DNA of 64,000 bases from Candidatus Flemingiibacterium sp. (GCA_045636145.1 JAZTWV010000045.1:5800-69799); one strand, 5' to 3'; shown: positions 47,953 to 57,378, counted from the stretch's first letter. The notes: generated by a model not told the origin, from the sequence alone. Numbers and translations are program-made.

Positions 47953-49686
47953 TTATTCGTCAGTAACATATACCGACACATTGTCGGGAAAATTATATCC
48001 AGATGGGGAAAGTCCCACAAATTCCACTGTTTCAAGATTTTCAAAATATCCGAAAGAGGATGCATCGAACTCGGTGGAGGAAAGTATCCAAGGCTCAAGC
48101 AGACCTGCCGCACCGAGATGTTCAATAAGCTTGTTTATTTCACGTTCTGTGGAAAATGGATCAAGCATATACACACATCCGTACTTTTCAAGATCGGGGA
48201 TGTCAGCAAGCATCACATTTTTGTCGCTTTGTGTAAGTTCTTCGCTATTAAGATCCTTTAGGCAGTAGTACGCTGCAAAACGACCTGCGATTTTGTCATC
48301 CGGTACGGTGTCTGCATATTTTTCGATTCCGGGCATGATTATTTGCTCCATGTAGTTGACCTTTGCTAATGAAGGCAACGGGGAAGTGAAGCGGTTGTCG
48401 CCGTTTACTGTGAAATGTACCGCAGTCTGCCCGGTTGAAAGGGTCTTTGCTTCAAGTCGAACAGAGGTTATGCCGTCTACCATTTCCGGCGTTATGTAAT
48501 CTTCAGAGTCAAGGCCGTAATATGCTCTGACCATTATATCTACGGGCGGTGAGAGCTTTATGGCTGTTCCGAGAGTGTTTGTATCAATCGCGGAACAGGA
48601 GGAAAGTGCAAGCATACTGCCTATTGCTGAAATAACCGTGAAAAGTGCAATAAGCGCAACGGTGGGATAATCTTTTTTGAAATTCTTCATATTCGCATAT
48701 CTCCTTTTCAAAAATGTCATTCCGGACGGCTGATTTAAAAACAGACCGCCGCTTACCTTTTCACGAAAAACAGATTTGCAGTTATCGGAACAGCTTTGTG
48801 CCAAGTCTATAATAGCTTCCATATACAGCGAGCTTATGCCTGTGCCGTATCCCATGATTACGCTGTAATCGCAGGATAATTCACAGTCTTCAATGAATGT
48901 GTTCCTTACACGGTATGAAGTGGGATTGAACCAGTGCACACATACAACCAAAAAGCAGAACAGCCTTGATGCAGTATCGAAGCGTTTGATATGCGTAAGC
49001 TCGTGTGTAAGCACACATTCAAGCTTGCGGCTGTCAAGACCGGTACAGTTTTGGCTTATATACAGAGTCGGTTTCAGTATTCCGCCTGTACAGGGGGATG
49101 ACAGAAGATCAATATCAAACATACGCACCTCGACCTTGCGACGAAGATGCATTTTTTCCTGAAGGCATTCAAATGTCTGAAGTATGTGCTTATCTTGACA
49201 TACTGATGAATGGCATCTCATAAGCCGGTGTGTCTTTACGTGCTTTAAGACTGTACTTGCCACGCTGAACAGCGCACCTGACAACCATAGGATAAATAAC
49301 ACACCTGCGGCATCATCAGCGTATTCTGCGCTTGCCGCAGCCATGCGGCGAAGCTTCATTACGATTAAATTTTTGACAGTCAGTGCCTTGTTTTCAATCG
49401 GAGATGAACTTTTGTCCTGCGTAGTGTTGGCATCAGAATATTCGACCTGTCCGCTTATATTATTTGAGGCGGTGATGCCGGCGGTGTCAGTATAACTAAA
49501 GTGGTCAGTAATCGCAGGAACATGGAAACGGAGCGGAAGTATGGATATAATGAGAATTATTATCCAAAAGGGATACATAATGCCTTCCCGTCCGCGAAGC
49601 TTAGTACTGCGAATCAAAAATGCCGCACTGCTGATAAAAGTGAACATGGCGCTGAGCACAAGCAGGCTCAAAATGAAGCTGAACAT
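47953..49686 (-). CDS. BlaR1/MecR1-like M56 metallopeptidase with non-PBP C-terminal domain
   Basis: N-terminal TMs, SPCTGGILKP, HELTHIKRFD zinc motif, HWFNP, ELSCD, LKRR; downstream of a BlaI-like gene. Confidence 0.88.
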   Translation of the reverse strand: MFSFILSLLVLSAMFTFISSAAFLIRSTKLRGREGIMYPFWIIILIISILPLRFHVPAITDHFSYTDTAGITASNNISGQVEYSDANTTQDKSSSPIENKALTVKNLIVMKLRRMAAASAEYADDAAGVLFILWLSGALFSVASTVLKHVKTHRLMRCHSSVCQDKHILQTFECLQEKMHLRRKVEVRMFDIDLLSSPCTGGILKPTLYISQNCTGLDSRKLECVLTHELTHIKRFDTASRLFCFLVVCVHWFNPTSYRVRNTFIEDCELSCDYSVIMGYGTGISSLYMEAIIDLAQSCSDNCKSVFREKVSGGLFLNQPSGMTFLKRRYANMKNFKKDYPTVALIALFTVISAIGSMLALSSCSAIDTNTLGTAIKLSPPVDIMVRAYYGLDSEDYITPEMVDGITSVRLEAKTLSTGQTAVHFTVNGDNRFTSPLPSLAKVNYMEQIIMPGIEKYADTVPDDKIAGRFAAYYCLKDLNSEELTQSDKNVMLADIPDLEKYGCVYMLDPFSTEREINKLIEHLGAAGLLEPWILSSTEFDASSFGYFENLETVEFVGLSPSGYNFPDNVSVYVTDE

Positions 49687-49701
49687 TGCGCCTCACCGCC
49701 C

Positions 49702-50109
49702 TTAGTTGCTGTCATTCTCTATTTCACGGCGAAGCTCTGAAATATCTTCCTTGCTGAGTATGCCGTCATCAAAGAGTGCACAGATGAGTCCTTTGGTGTT
49801 GTTTTTATAGACCGTAGCAACGAAATCAGCCGCCGCCTTACGTTTATACTCTGTCTCGTCGGCAAGAACTATCGCACAGTTAGTTCGTCCATGCTTTTCG
49901 AGACGAATAAACCCCTTATTTTGAAGTCTTGTAATAAGCGTAAGCACGGTTGTGAGAGCCAGGTGTCCGATCTCATCCGGGAAAGCGGCAAGAAGTGCAC
50001 CGGCGTGAATATCCTTCACTCCCTGCTTGTCTAAATCCCAGATAAGCTGCATGATCTGTAATTCCGATTCGGGAAGCTTTGTAAAGTTTTTCTTTGTGGG
50101 TTGCAGCAT
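49702..50109 (-). CDS. BlaI/MecI/CopY family transcriptional repressor
   Basis: LPESELQIMQLIW, TTVLTLITRLQNKGF, LSKEDISELR. Confidence 0.92.
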   Translation of the reverse strand: MLQPTKKNFTKLPESELQIMQLIWDLDKQGVKDIHAGALLAAFPDEIGHLALTTVLTLITRLQNKGFIRLEKHGRTNCAIVLADETEYKRKAAADFVATVYKNNTKGLICALFDDGILSKEDISELRREIENDSN

Positions 50110-50190
50110 AATCTAATCTCCATTCCTTATCAGTCTGTACATCGGGATAAGGAGACCTTTGTACAGACTATGGTTTTAGCTTACGGTTAT

Positions 50191-50219
50191 ATTATACACT
50201 GTTATTCTACATTTGTCAA
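50191..50219 (-). promoter_or_regulatory. Sigma-A promoter of the blaI-like operon with overlapping BlaI/CopY-type operator
   Basis: Minus strand TTGACA(50219-50214)-17-TATAAT(50196-50191); TACA-TT-TGTC (50208-50217) is one mismatch from TACA-NN-TGTA. Confidence 0.75.
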
Positions 50220-50353
50220 GTGCTTTTTGAGCGAAAGTGAAAATAAGCGGTAAACCGCGGAAAATGTGCGAAATCTTCGGGGGTATTGATTTTTCGTGGA
50301 TTATGTGCTATAATCTTGATGCGGTGATGCATTAAAGTGGGAGGATTATATTT

Positions 50354-50740
50354 ATGAATGACCATAAATTTATATATCATGTTGAGCCGAAGCTTGCTAA
50401 AAGAATAATAGCATTATTTGATAGTCTCGCATTGCCGGCCAATCTGCATGGATATGAGTATCTCGCCTCTGCTGTCGCTATCGCAGTGGAAAATCCGGAT
50501 ACTATATACGCAGTTACCAAAAAAATATATCCGGATATCGCAAAGCGTTATGATACCAATGTGGCCTGCGTGGAAGCCGCCATACGAAATGCTATAGATA
50601 CATCATGGCTTATAGGTGATCCGGATATTTTGTACAGCATTTTCGGTCATACAGTTCGCCATTCCAGCGGAAGACCAAGTGATGCGGAATATATCGCCAT
50701 GGTTTCAAGTAAGCTTCTTGTTGACGGCGACACACTGTGA
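50354..50740 (+). CDS. Stand-alone Spo0A C-terminal (DNA-binding) domain protein
   Basis: LPANLHGYEYL, VTKKIYPDIAKRY, VEAAIRNAI..SW, GRPSDAEYIAM; no receiver domain; promoter TTGATT(50286)-17-TATAAT(50309). Confidence 0.88.
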   Translation: MNDHKFIYHVEPKLAKRIIALFDSLALPANLHGYEYLASAVAIAVENPDTIYAVTKKIYPDIAKRYDTNVACVEAAIRNAIDTSWLIGDPDILYSIFGHTVRHSSGRPSDAEYIAMVSSKLLVDGDTL

Positions 50741-50773
50741 TAATTACTGTAGAAATTTGATATTCGCAAATAG

Positions 50774-50817
50774 AAAGCACCAAAATCAGTCATTTGGGTT
50801 GATTTTGGCGCTTTTTT
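50774..50817. terminator. Bidirectional intrinsic terminator
   Basis: AAAGCACCAAAATCAG / TTGATTTTGGCGCTTT with T-tracts on both strands. Confidence 0.8.
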
Positions 50818-51084
50818 GTTTATCTATATATTTATTTCTTCATGGTTTTGTCGCTAATGTTGCGTGCTACATTTGAGTTTACATTGCCGGCAGCTGAAGT
50901 GCCGTCGGAATATAAAGTTTTAAGCTGCTCCAAGGTTACAGTTGTGTGGGGCGTGAAGGAACTTCCGGACATATAGGAGAGCAGATTTGCGCGCTACCAC
51001 TTTGACGCGGCATTGCCGCTTCCAAGATTGAATGTGGATAAATGATATCACATCAAAAACAGTTTGTCAATTGGAAATGGCGGT

Positions 51085-51112
51085 TTCGATATGTTTCGAC
51101 AATATTTCAATA
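51085..51112 (-). promoter_or_regulatory. Three tandem Spo0A (0A) boxes
   Basis: Plus strand TTCGATA (51085), TTCGACA (51095, perfect TGTCGAA on minus) and TTCAATA (51106), spaced 10-11 bp. Confidence 0.65.
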
Positions 51113-51276
51113 TGCTCCATTAACCTTATGTAAAATATACCCAAAAACTATCTCCAAATTTTGGAAAAAATAATATAAGAAAAGTATTGCATTTTATGGA
51201 ATTATATGGTAAAATAATATAGCAATGGAAAATGCCGCCGAACAAAGCGGAAAAATATAATTTTAAGGAGTAAACT

Positions 51277-52107
51277 ATGATTACGGAAAAACAAAGCAGA
51301 CTTTTGGTGTGCGGTGCTGATATTGAGAGAAGACGGGAATTGGCGTCTGTCCTTGAACGTATAGGATTTGCCGCTGTAGATGAATCACGTGATGCACGCG
51401 AAGCGGAACGGATACTTTGCGAACGCAGGTACTCATTGGTAGTGTGTGACAGTTCTATTGCGGGCGCCGAAGCGATGCAGCTTGCCTATAACGAGGGAAA
51501 GAGGCAAGAGCGCGGCGGATGCACAACGGCATTTCTGTTTATCGGAGAGCATAATTACGAGGATGTACTGCGCGAGGTCTGCCGGATGACAGATACACAC
51601 TATCTTATCAGACCGTTTTCTGTATCAGAGTTTTGCGATGCTGTGTTCGGTGCGCTTTCCGGACGCAGAGCCGCCGGGGAAAATATGGGAAGTGAGCGCG
51701 TAAGGGGCAGTGTGTGTGATGCTACATCATTTTCCGGCGGCGATGTATCTGCGGATGAACCCCTTGAAACACAGATAACCTCTATACTCCATAACCTCGG
51801 TATACCGGCACATATTAAAGGATTTACTTATCTCAGGTGTGCAATCGGGATGACAGTAGCTGACCCCGATATGATAAACTATGTTACAAAATCCCTTTAT
51901 CCCGGGGTTGCCAAGGCATACAACACCACTACATCCCGTGTTGAGCGTGCAATACGTCATGCCATTGAAGTAGCGTGGGACAGAGGTGAGCTTGAAACGC
52001 TTAACCGTTATTTCGGATATACCATAAGCCGCCAGCGCGGTAAGCCTACCAATTCGGAGATTATTGCAATGATATCGGATAAGCTGAGTCTTGGTGTAGG
52101 GATGTAA
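51277..52107 (+). CDS. Spo0A-like transcription factor with degenerate receiver domain
   Basis: Canonical Spo0A C-terminus ([54 protein letters not shown]) but an atypical N-terminal receiver; promoter TTGCAT(51187)-17-TAAAAT(51210). Confidence 0.85.
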   Translation: MITEKQSRLLVCGADIERRRELASVLERIGFAAVDESRDAREAERILCERRYSLVVCDSSIAGAEAMQLAYNEGKRQERGGCTTAFLFIGEHNYEDVLREVCRMTDTHYLIRPFSVSEFCDAVFGALSGRRAAGENMGSERVRGSVCDATSFSGGDVSADEPLETQITSILHNLGIPAHIKGFTYLRCAIGMTVADPDMINYVTKSLYPGVAKAYNTTTSRVERAIRHAIEVAWDRGELETLNRYFGYTISRQRGKPTNSEIIAMISDKLSLGVGM

Positions 52108-52187
52108 CACCGAAAATCACTCAAAATGGACAGAAAAAGGGTTGTGCATACGTGAAAACGGCGTATGTACAGCCTTTTTTCTGATAT

Positions 52188-53681
52188 TTATGCTAATATC
52201 TCCCTCATTGCGGCAGGTATCGCTCTCACCGTGTCGCCTGCCGTCATTGCCGCTTCCGGAATATCCCGTGAGGCGATCTCGCCTGCAAGACCTGCAAGAT
52301 ATGCACCTGCCGCAACTCCTAAAAGAAGCTCGCTGTCTTTCGCGTAACCGCAGATTCCGGCAAGTATGCCGCTCAGAACGTCACCGCTTCCTGCGGTCGC
52401 CATTCCGCCGCAGCCGCGGTCGGCAAGATATACGGTATCACCGTCGGTTATGACGGTTGTGGGACCTTTGAGAAGCAGAATAGTGCCGGTGTCCCCGGCG
52501 TAGGTCTTTGCCGCGGCTATTATATCATGTCTGAGATTTTCGATTTTCACACCGCACAGCCGCTCAAATTCCTTGGGATGAGGTGTGAGAATAACACGGC
52601 AGGATGCAGTCCTCAGTACCCGTCTGTCCATTCCGGAAAGCACATTTAATCCGTCGGCATCAATCACAAGATTTCCGCTGTATTCGCTGAGAAGATATCG
52701 CAGAAGATGGGCTATCTCCTCCGAGCGCCCCATTCCCATGCCTACCGCCGCAGAAGCGGTGTGAGTCATAAGCTCCGAGATTTCGGCTTTGGAAAAACGG
52801 TATTCGCCGTCTTTATCGTCGAGTGGGAACAGAGTGGATTCAAGAAGATAAGGAAGTACCGCAGAACATAGAGTTTTGGGGACTGCCAATTTTGATACCC
52901 CTGCTCCGGAGCGAAGCACCGCAAGGGAGAGATTCGACAGCTTTGCCGCGCCGCTGTACCTGAGTGAGCCGCCAATCAGTGCCACATATCCGTAGTCGCC
53001 CTTGTTTGAATTATGGGGGCGTTTTGCGAATAAGTGACGTATATCTTCCTTTTCGATAAGATAGGCAGGCTTGTCAATAAGCTCTATTCCTATATCGCAG
53101 TTTATTTTACTTTTTATATGATCCTTGGCGGAGTTAAGAAAAAGTCCGCTTTTGTATGAGCCGATGGAGACTGTAAGATCGGAGTTAACGCAGATCTCGC
53201 AGAGTCCACTGTCACCGTTAAGACCGGAGTTTATGTCCGCGCTGACAGTATATGCTCCGCTATGATTTATCCGCTCTATAGCGGTGCGGTATGGCTCGGT
53301 GACATCCCCTCTGAAGCCTGTGCCGAATATGCAGTCAAGTACCGTCCCAAACCCGTCAAGGCAGAGATTTTCGATGCCGCGGCGGATGTCGACTCCAAGA
53401 GACACGCATTTATTAAAGAAAAATTGGGAGGTTTCCGATATTTTATCTGACAGGAGAAATACTGTGCACGGGATTTTTGCATCTTTGAGCAGTGCCGCCA
53501 CAGCAAAACCGTCGCCTGCATTGTTTCCCGCGCCGCATACGACAGCAACGGGCGGACGCCATTCCACAGCGGCGAAAATTGCACTGCCTGCCCGCGCCAT
53601 AAGCTCGCGGAACGATACTGTGTGTTCTCCCGTATATGCATCGCTTTTTCTCATGTTTTCAACAGAAACGACTTTAATCAT
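52188..53681 (-). CDS. nnr: Bifunctional NAD(P)H-hydrate epimerase/dehydratase
   Basis: CGAGNNAGDG, DCIFGTG, NKGDYG, YSGAA, VIDADGLN, LTPHPKEF, MATAGSGDVLSG. Confidence 0.93.
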   Translation of the reverse strand: MIKVVSVENMRKSDAYTGEHTVSFRELMARAGSAIFAAVEWRPPVAVVCGAGNNAGDGFAVAALLKDAKIPCTVFLLSDKISETSQFFFNKCVSLGVDIRRGIENLCLDGFGTVLDCIFGTGFRGDVTEPYRTAIERINHSGAYTVSADINSGLNGDSGLCEICVNSDLTVSIGSYKSGLFLNSAKDHIKSKINCDIGIELIDKPAYLIEKEDIRHLFAKRPHNSNKGDYGYVALIGGSLRYSGAAKLSNLSLAVLRSGAGVSKLAVPKTLCSAVLPYLLESTLFPLDDKDGEYRFSKAEISELMTHTASAAVGMGMGRSEEIAHLLRYLLSEYSGNLVIDADGLNVLSGMDRRVLRTASCRVILTPHPKEFERLCGVKIENLRHDIIAAAKTYAGDTGTILLLKGPTTVITDGDTVYLADRGCGGMATAGSGDVLSGILAGICGYAKDSELLLGVAAGAYLAGLAGEIASRDIPEAAMTAGDTVRAIPAAMREILA

Positions 53682-53764
53682 GAAACCGTCCTCCCAAAAG
53701 ACCAAATCACTGTGTAATAATTATACTACAAAGATCGTGCTAATGCAATACAGGTGAGGAATTT

Positions 53765-55066
53765 TTAATCTTTAAGATCGTGCTGGGCGGGATCGTTTAA
53801 AAGTGTGCCGCATTCGTCGAATCTTGAGCCGTGACACGGGCAATCCCAGCTACGCTCGGCGGCGTTCCATTTAAGCGCACAGCCGAGATGCGGACAGCGG
53901 CGTGGGATGGGGAGAAGAAAGTTTCCGAGGGTTATACCTATATTCTTGAAAAGCTGTGGTGTCAGCATATTTTGTGACGGATCGAATACTTTAGCGGCAG
54001 GATTTTTCTTGCCGAATATAAGATCGCGCAGTATAAGTGCCGCCGTCATTGATCCTATAAATCCGTAGCCGCCAAAGCCTGTGGCTACGAAAAATTTGTC
54101 GCTTGCAGGCGTAAGCCGTCCGATGTACGGAAGACTGTCAAGGGATACTGTGTCCTGTGTTGCCCATGAGGTGACTATCTTTGAATCTTTAAAATTGTCA
54201 GCACGGTATTTTAGAACTGCATCATACCCACCGCCCTTTGTTCCTGTCCTGTGATCTCCGCCCCCAAGCAGAAGATACTTTTTGTACATACGCATATATA
54301 CCCCGTCGTCTGCAATATCCTCATATGCGCCGCCGATATCTCCGACGCCTTCAAGTGCCAGCACATAGGATCGCTTTTGGTAGAGTTTAAGAGAAAACAT
54401 CCCCCGAAGCTTGGGGAGAGGGAAATGTGTTGCGATAATCACGTGCTTTGCAGATATTTTGTGTTTTTCGGTTTTCGCACCGTAAGGGGTGATTTTTTGT
54501 ATTCGTGTATTCTCGCGTATGCAGAGATTTTCCGCAAGTCTTGCACAGAAATCGGTAGGGTCGAGCATAAGCTGATTTGAAAATTTCAAGGCGGCGGAAA
54601 TGCTTATATCAATGGGCAAATCTCTGTGCAGGGAAGCATGGATGCCAAAGCGCCGCATTCGGTCGTATTCCTGCTCTATTTTTAAGGGACTTCCAAGGGA
54701 GTAAAGATAAAAATCGTCCGTACGGCATACACAGCCAAGCTCACGGCATAGTATGCGGTATTCATTAAGCGCATCAAGCCGTGTTTTCATAACACTTCGT
54801 GCGGCGTCAAAGCCCCGTGATTTTTCGATGTCACCGCAGAGAATGTCCTGCCCAAGGGATATTACGGCAGTGGAGCGCGCACTTACAGCTCCTGCGATGC
54901 GTTCCGCCTCACAGACAAGCACGTTTACGCCTGCGCTTTGCAGATAATGGGCGCACAGCAGACCGCATAAGCCGCCGCCGATAACAAGTACGTCGCATTC
55001 CGCATCATCTGCAAGTGTGGAGAAATGCGGCATGAAATTTGTGCTGTAAATAAGATCGGATGACAT
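53765..55066 (-). CDS. FAD-dependent oxidoreductase with C-terminal Rieske [2Fe-2S] domain (YhfW-like)
   Basis: VIGGGLCG dinucleotide motif, ATHFP, LPYIG, CPHLGC...WDCPCHGSRF. Confidence 0.9.
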   Translation of the reverse strand: MSSDLIYSTNFMPHFSTLADDAECDVLVIGGGLCGLLCAHYLQSAGVNVLVCEAERIAGAVSARSTAVISLGQDILCGDIEKSRGFDAARSVMKTRLDALNEYRILCRELGCVCRTDDFYLYSLGSPLKIEQEYDRMRRFGIHASLHRDLPIDISISAALKFSNQLMLDPTDFCARLAENLCIRENTRIQKITPYGAKTEKHKISAKHVIIATHFPLPKLRGMFSLKLYQKRSYVLALEGVGDIGGAYEDIADDGVYMRMYKKYLLLGGGDHRTGTKGGGYDAVLKYRADNFKDSKIVTSWATQDTVSLDSLPYIGRLTPASDKFFVATGFGGYGFIGSMTAALILRDLIFGKKNPAAKVFDPSQNMLTPQLFKNIGITLGNFLLPIPRRCPHLGCALKWNAAERSWDCPCHGSRFDECGTLLNDPAQHDLKD

Positions 55067-55233
55067 ATATATGACCTCGTTTTTGTGAATTTATTATTAA
55101 TTTGCACCGCTTCAGCATAAATAAACGGATTGGGGGTTGAATTTAGTGTTAATTTTTAATGTAATCCCTTGAAATTTAACTGTAATAATGGTATCATTAT
55201 AGATAATGAGATGTTTTTGCGAAAGGAACGGTT

Positions 55234-56511
55234 ATGACTGCAACAAAAAAGCCGGAGCTTCTGTCTCCGGCAGGAAATTTTGATAAAATGAAAGCGGCGA
55301 TTCTGTACGGTGCAGATGCGGTATATCTTGCCGGTGACGATTTCGGAATGCGTGCCGCCGCAGATAATTTTACAGTTGAGGAGCTTTATGAGGCGACAAA
55401 GTATGCCCACGAGCGCGGCGTGCGTGTAAATCTTACCCTGAATACCATGCCCCATACTGATGAATACCCCAAGCTTACGGAATTTGTCAAGGCTGTACGC
55501 GGTGCCGGCATTGATGCGGTTATTGCCGCAGACCTCGGCGTGATGGCACTTGTGAGAGAGCATTTGCCGGACACGGAGATACACGTTTCAACACAGCAAA
55601 GTACCGTCAGTGCGGCGGCGTGCCGTGAATGGTATCGGCTTGGTGCAAGCCGTGTGGTGCTGGCGCGTGAGCTGAATCTTGAGGAGATAAGGCAGATACG
55701 CGAAAATGTTCCGCCGGAGCTTGAGCTTGAGGCGTTTATACACGGCTCAATGTGCATATCCTACAGCGGTCGCTGTCTTCTTTCCCAGCATTTTGTTGGC
55801 AGAGATGCCAACCGCGGAAGATGCGCACAGCCATGCAGATGGAATATGTCCTATGCACCGTCAAGTGCGCCCGGATATGAAGGATGTGCGCAATATGAAG
55901 TGGCGGAAGAGAAGCGTCCCGACAACCGTGTACCGGTTATTGAAAATGAAATGGGAACATTCTTTCTATCGTCAAAGGATATGTGCATGATAGAGCATAT
56001 TCCGGAGCTTATGGAAAGCGGTATTGACAGCTTCAAAATCGAGGGGCGCATGAAAAGCGAATACTATGCCGCTGTGGTGACTAACGTTTATCGAATGGCA
56101 ATGGACCGCTATGCGGCTGACCCAAAAGGATATGAATACGATCCTGCGTGGCTTCGCGAGCTTGAATCGGTAAGCCACCGCGAGTACAATACCGGCTACT
56201 ACTTTGCAAAGCCCATGGAGGATGCCAATACAGCAAAACAGCCGGGATATATGAAGGAAAAGGCATATCTGTGCCGAGTTACAGCATACGATAAAGACAC
56301 CGGAATAGCGCATTTTGTTCAGCGCAATAAGGTGTTTGCAGACTCGGATGCGGAGATAATTACCCCCGGTAAGATAGGACGTCCGCTTCATCTTGGCGAG
56401 CTGTATGACAGAGAGGGCAATTCTATCCCGTCAGCGCCGCACCCCTATATGGAATTCAGCGCAAAAGTTCCCTTTCCGGTGAATCCCGGCGACATAATAA
56501 GAGCTGTGTGA
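55234..56511 (+). CDS. Peptidase U32 family protein (TrhP-like tRNA hydroxylation protein)
   Basis: PELLSPAG, GADAVY, HVSTQ, VVLAREL, HGSMCISYSGRCLLS, NRGRCAQPCR, KIEGRMK. Confidence 0.92.
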   Translation: MTATKKPELLSPAGNFDKMKAAILYGADAVYLAGDDFGMRAAADNFTVEELYEATKYAHERGVRVNLTLNTMPHTDEYPKLTEFVKAVRGAGIDAVIAADLGVMALVREHLPDTEIHVSTQQSTVSAAACREWYRLGASRVVLARELNLEEIRQIRENVPPELELEAFIHGSMCISYSGRCLLSQHFVGRDANRGRCAQPCRWNMSYAPSSAPGYEGCAQYEVAEEKRPDNRVPVIENEMGTFFLSSKDMCMIEHIPELMESGIDSFKIEGRMKSEYYAAVVTNVYRMAMDRYAADPKGYEYDPAWLRELESVSHREYNTGYYFAKPMEDANTAKQPGYMKEKAYLCRVTAYDKDTGIAHFVQRNKVFADSDAEIITPGKIGRPLHLGELYDREGNSIPSAPHPYMEFSAKVPFPVNPGDIIRAV

Positions 56512-56522
56512 GGTGATTTTTC

Positions 56523-57365
56523 ATGGCTATGATTATTGAAATGTTAAAATCCCTGCTTTTCGGCATAGTCGAGGGCATTACCGAGTGGCTTCCCATATCG
56601 TCCACCGGTCATCTTATACTGCTTGAGGAGTTTGTAAGCTTCAAGGGCGTTTCGGAGGATTTTTCCGAGATGTTCAATGTAGTGATACAGCTTGGTGCAA
56701 TACTTGCCGTTGCGGTGATATTCTTTAAAAAGATATGGCCCTTTTCAAAAAAAGAGGGGGAGATACTCGGCATCATTCGCCGCGACAAGCTTACTTTATG
56801 GCTTAAAATAATAGTGGCGTGCCTTCCTGCCGCTGTAGTTGGACTACTGTTCGATGATATTATTGACGCGGTGTTCTACAATCCCATAACCGTAGCAGTT
56901 ATGCTTATTCTTGTGGGCGCGGCGTTTATAGTTGTGGAATTGCGCAAAAAGAGCAGAGAAGCAAAGGTGGATTCTCTTGACGGTATCACATGGATGCAGG
57001 CTGCGGGCATAGGAGTATTTCAGCTTGCGGCGGCTGTATTCCCCGGTACATCACGCTCCGGTTCAACCATTCTCGGCGGACTTATGCTTGGCGTTTCAAG
57101 GACAACAGCGGCGGAATTTACATTCTTCCTCGGTATTCCCGTAATGTTCGGTGCATCGCTTCTCAAAATTGTTAAATTCGGCTTTTCCTTTACCGTGACG
57201 GAAGCGATTATACTTCTTATCGGAATGGTATCGGCGTTTCTTGTATCTATGGCGTGCATCCGCTTCCTTATGGACTACATAAAGCGCCACGACTTCAAGA
57301 TATTCGGCTGGTATCGCATTATTCTCGGTATAGCCGTGCTTGTATATTTCTTCTTAATAAAATAA
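56523..57365 (+). CDS. uppP: Undecaprenyl-diphosphate phosphatase
   Basis: GIVEGITEWLPISSTGH, VIQLGAILA, PGTSRSGSTI, FGWYRI. Confidence 0.96.
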   Translation: MAMIIEMLKSLLFGIVEGITEWLPISSTGHLILLEEFVSFKGVSEDFSEMFNVVIQLGAILAVAVIFFKKIWPFSKKEGEILGIIRRDKLTLWLKIIVACLPAAVVGLLFDDIIDAVFYNPITVAVMLILVGAAFIVVELRKKSREAKVDSLDGITWMQAAGIGVFQLAAAVFPGTSRSGSTILGGLMLGVSRTTAAEFTFFLGIPVMFGASLLKIVKFGFSFTVTEAIILLIGMVSAFLVSMACIRFLMDYIKRHDFKIFGWYRIILGIAVLVYFFLIK

Positions 57366-57378
57366 TAATTTCATGGCA

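Noticed and set aside
47953-50109. blaI/blaR1-like pair as a beta-lactam resistance locus
   Set aside because: No beta-lactamase or PBP2a gene is adjacent, and the sensor C-terminus does not look like a penicillin-binding domain.
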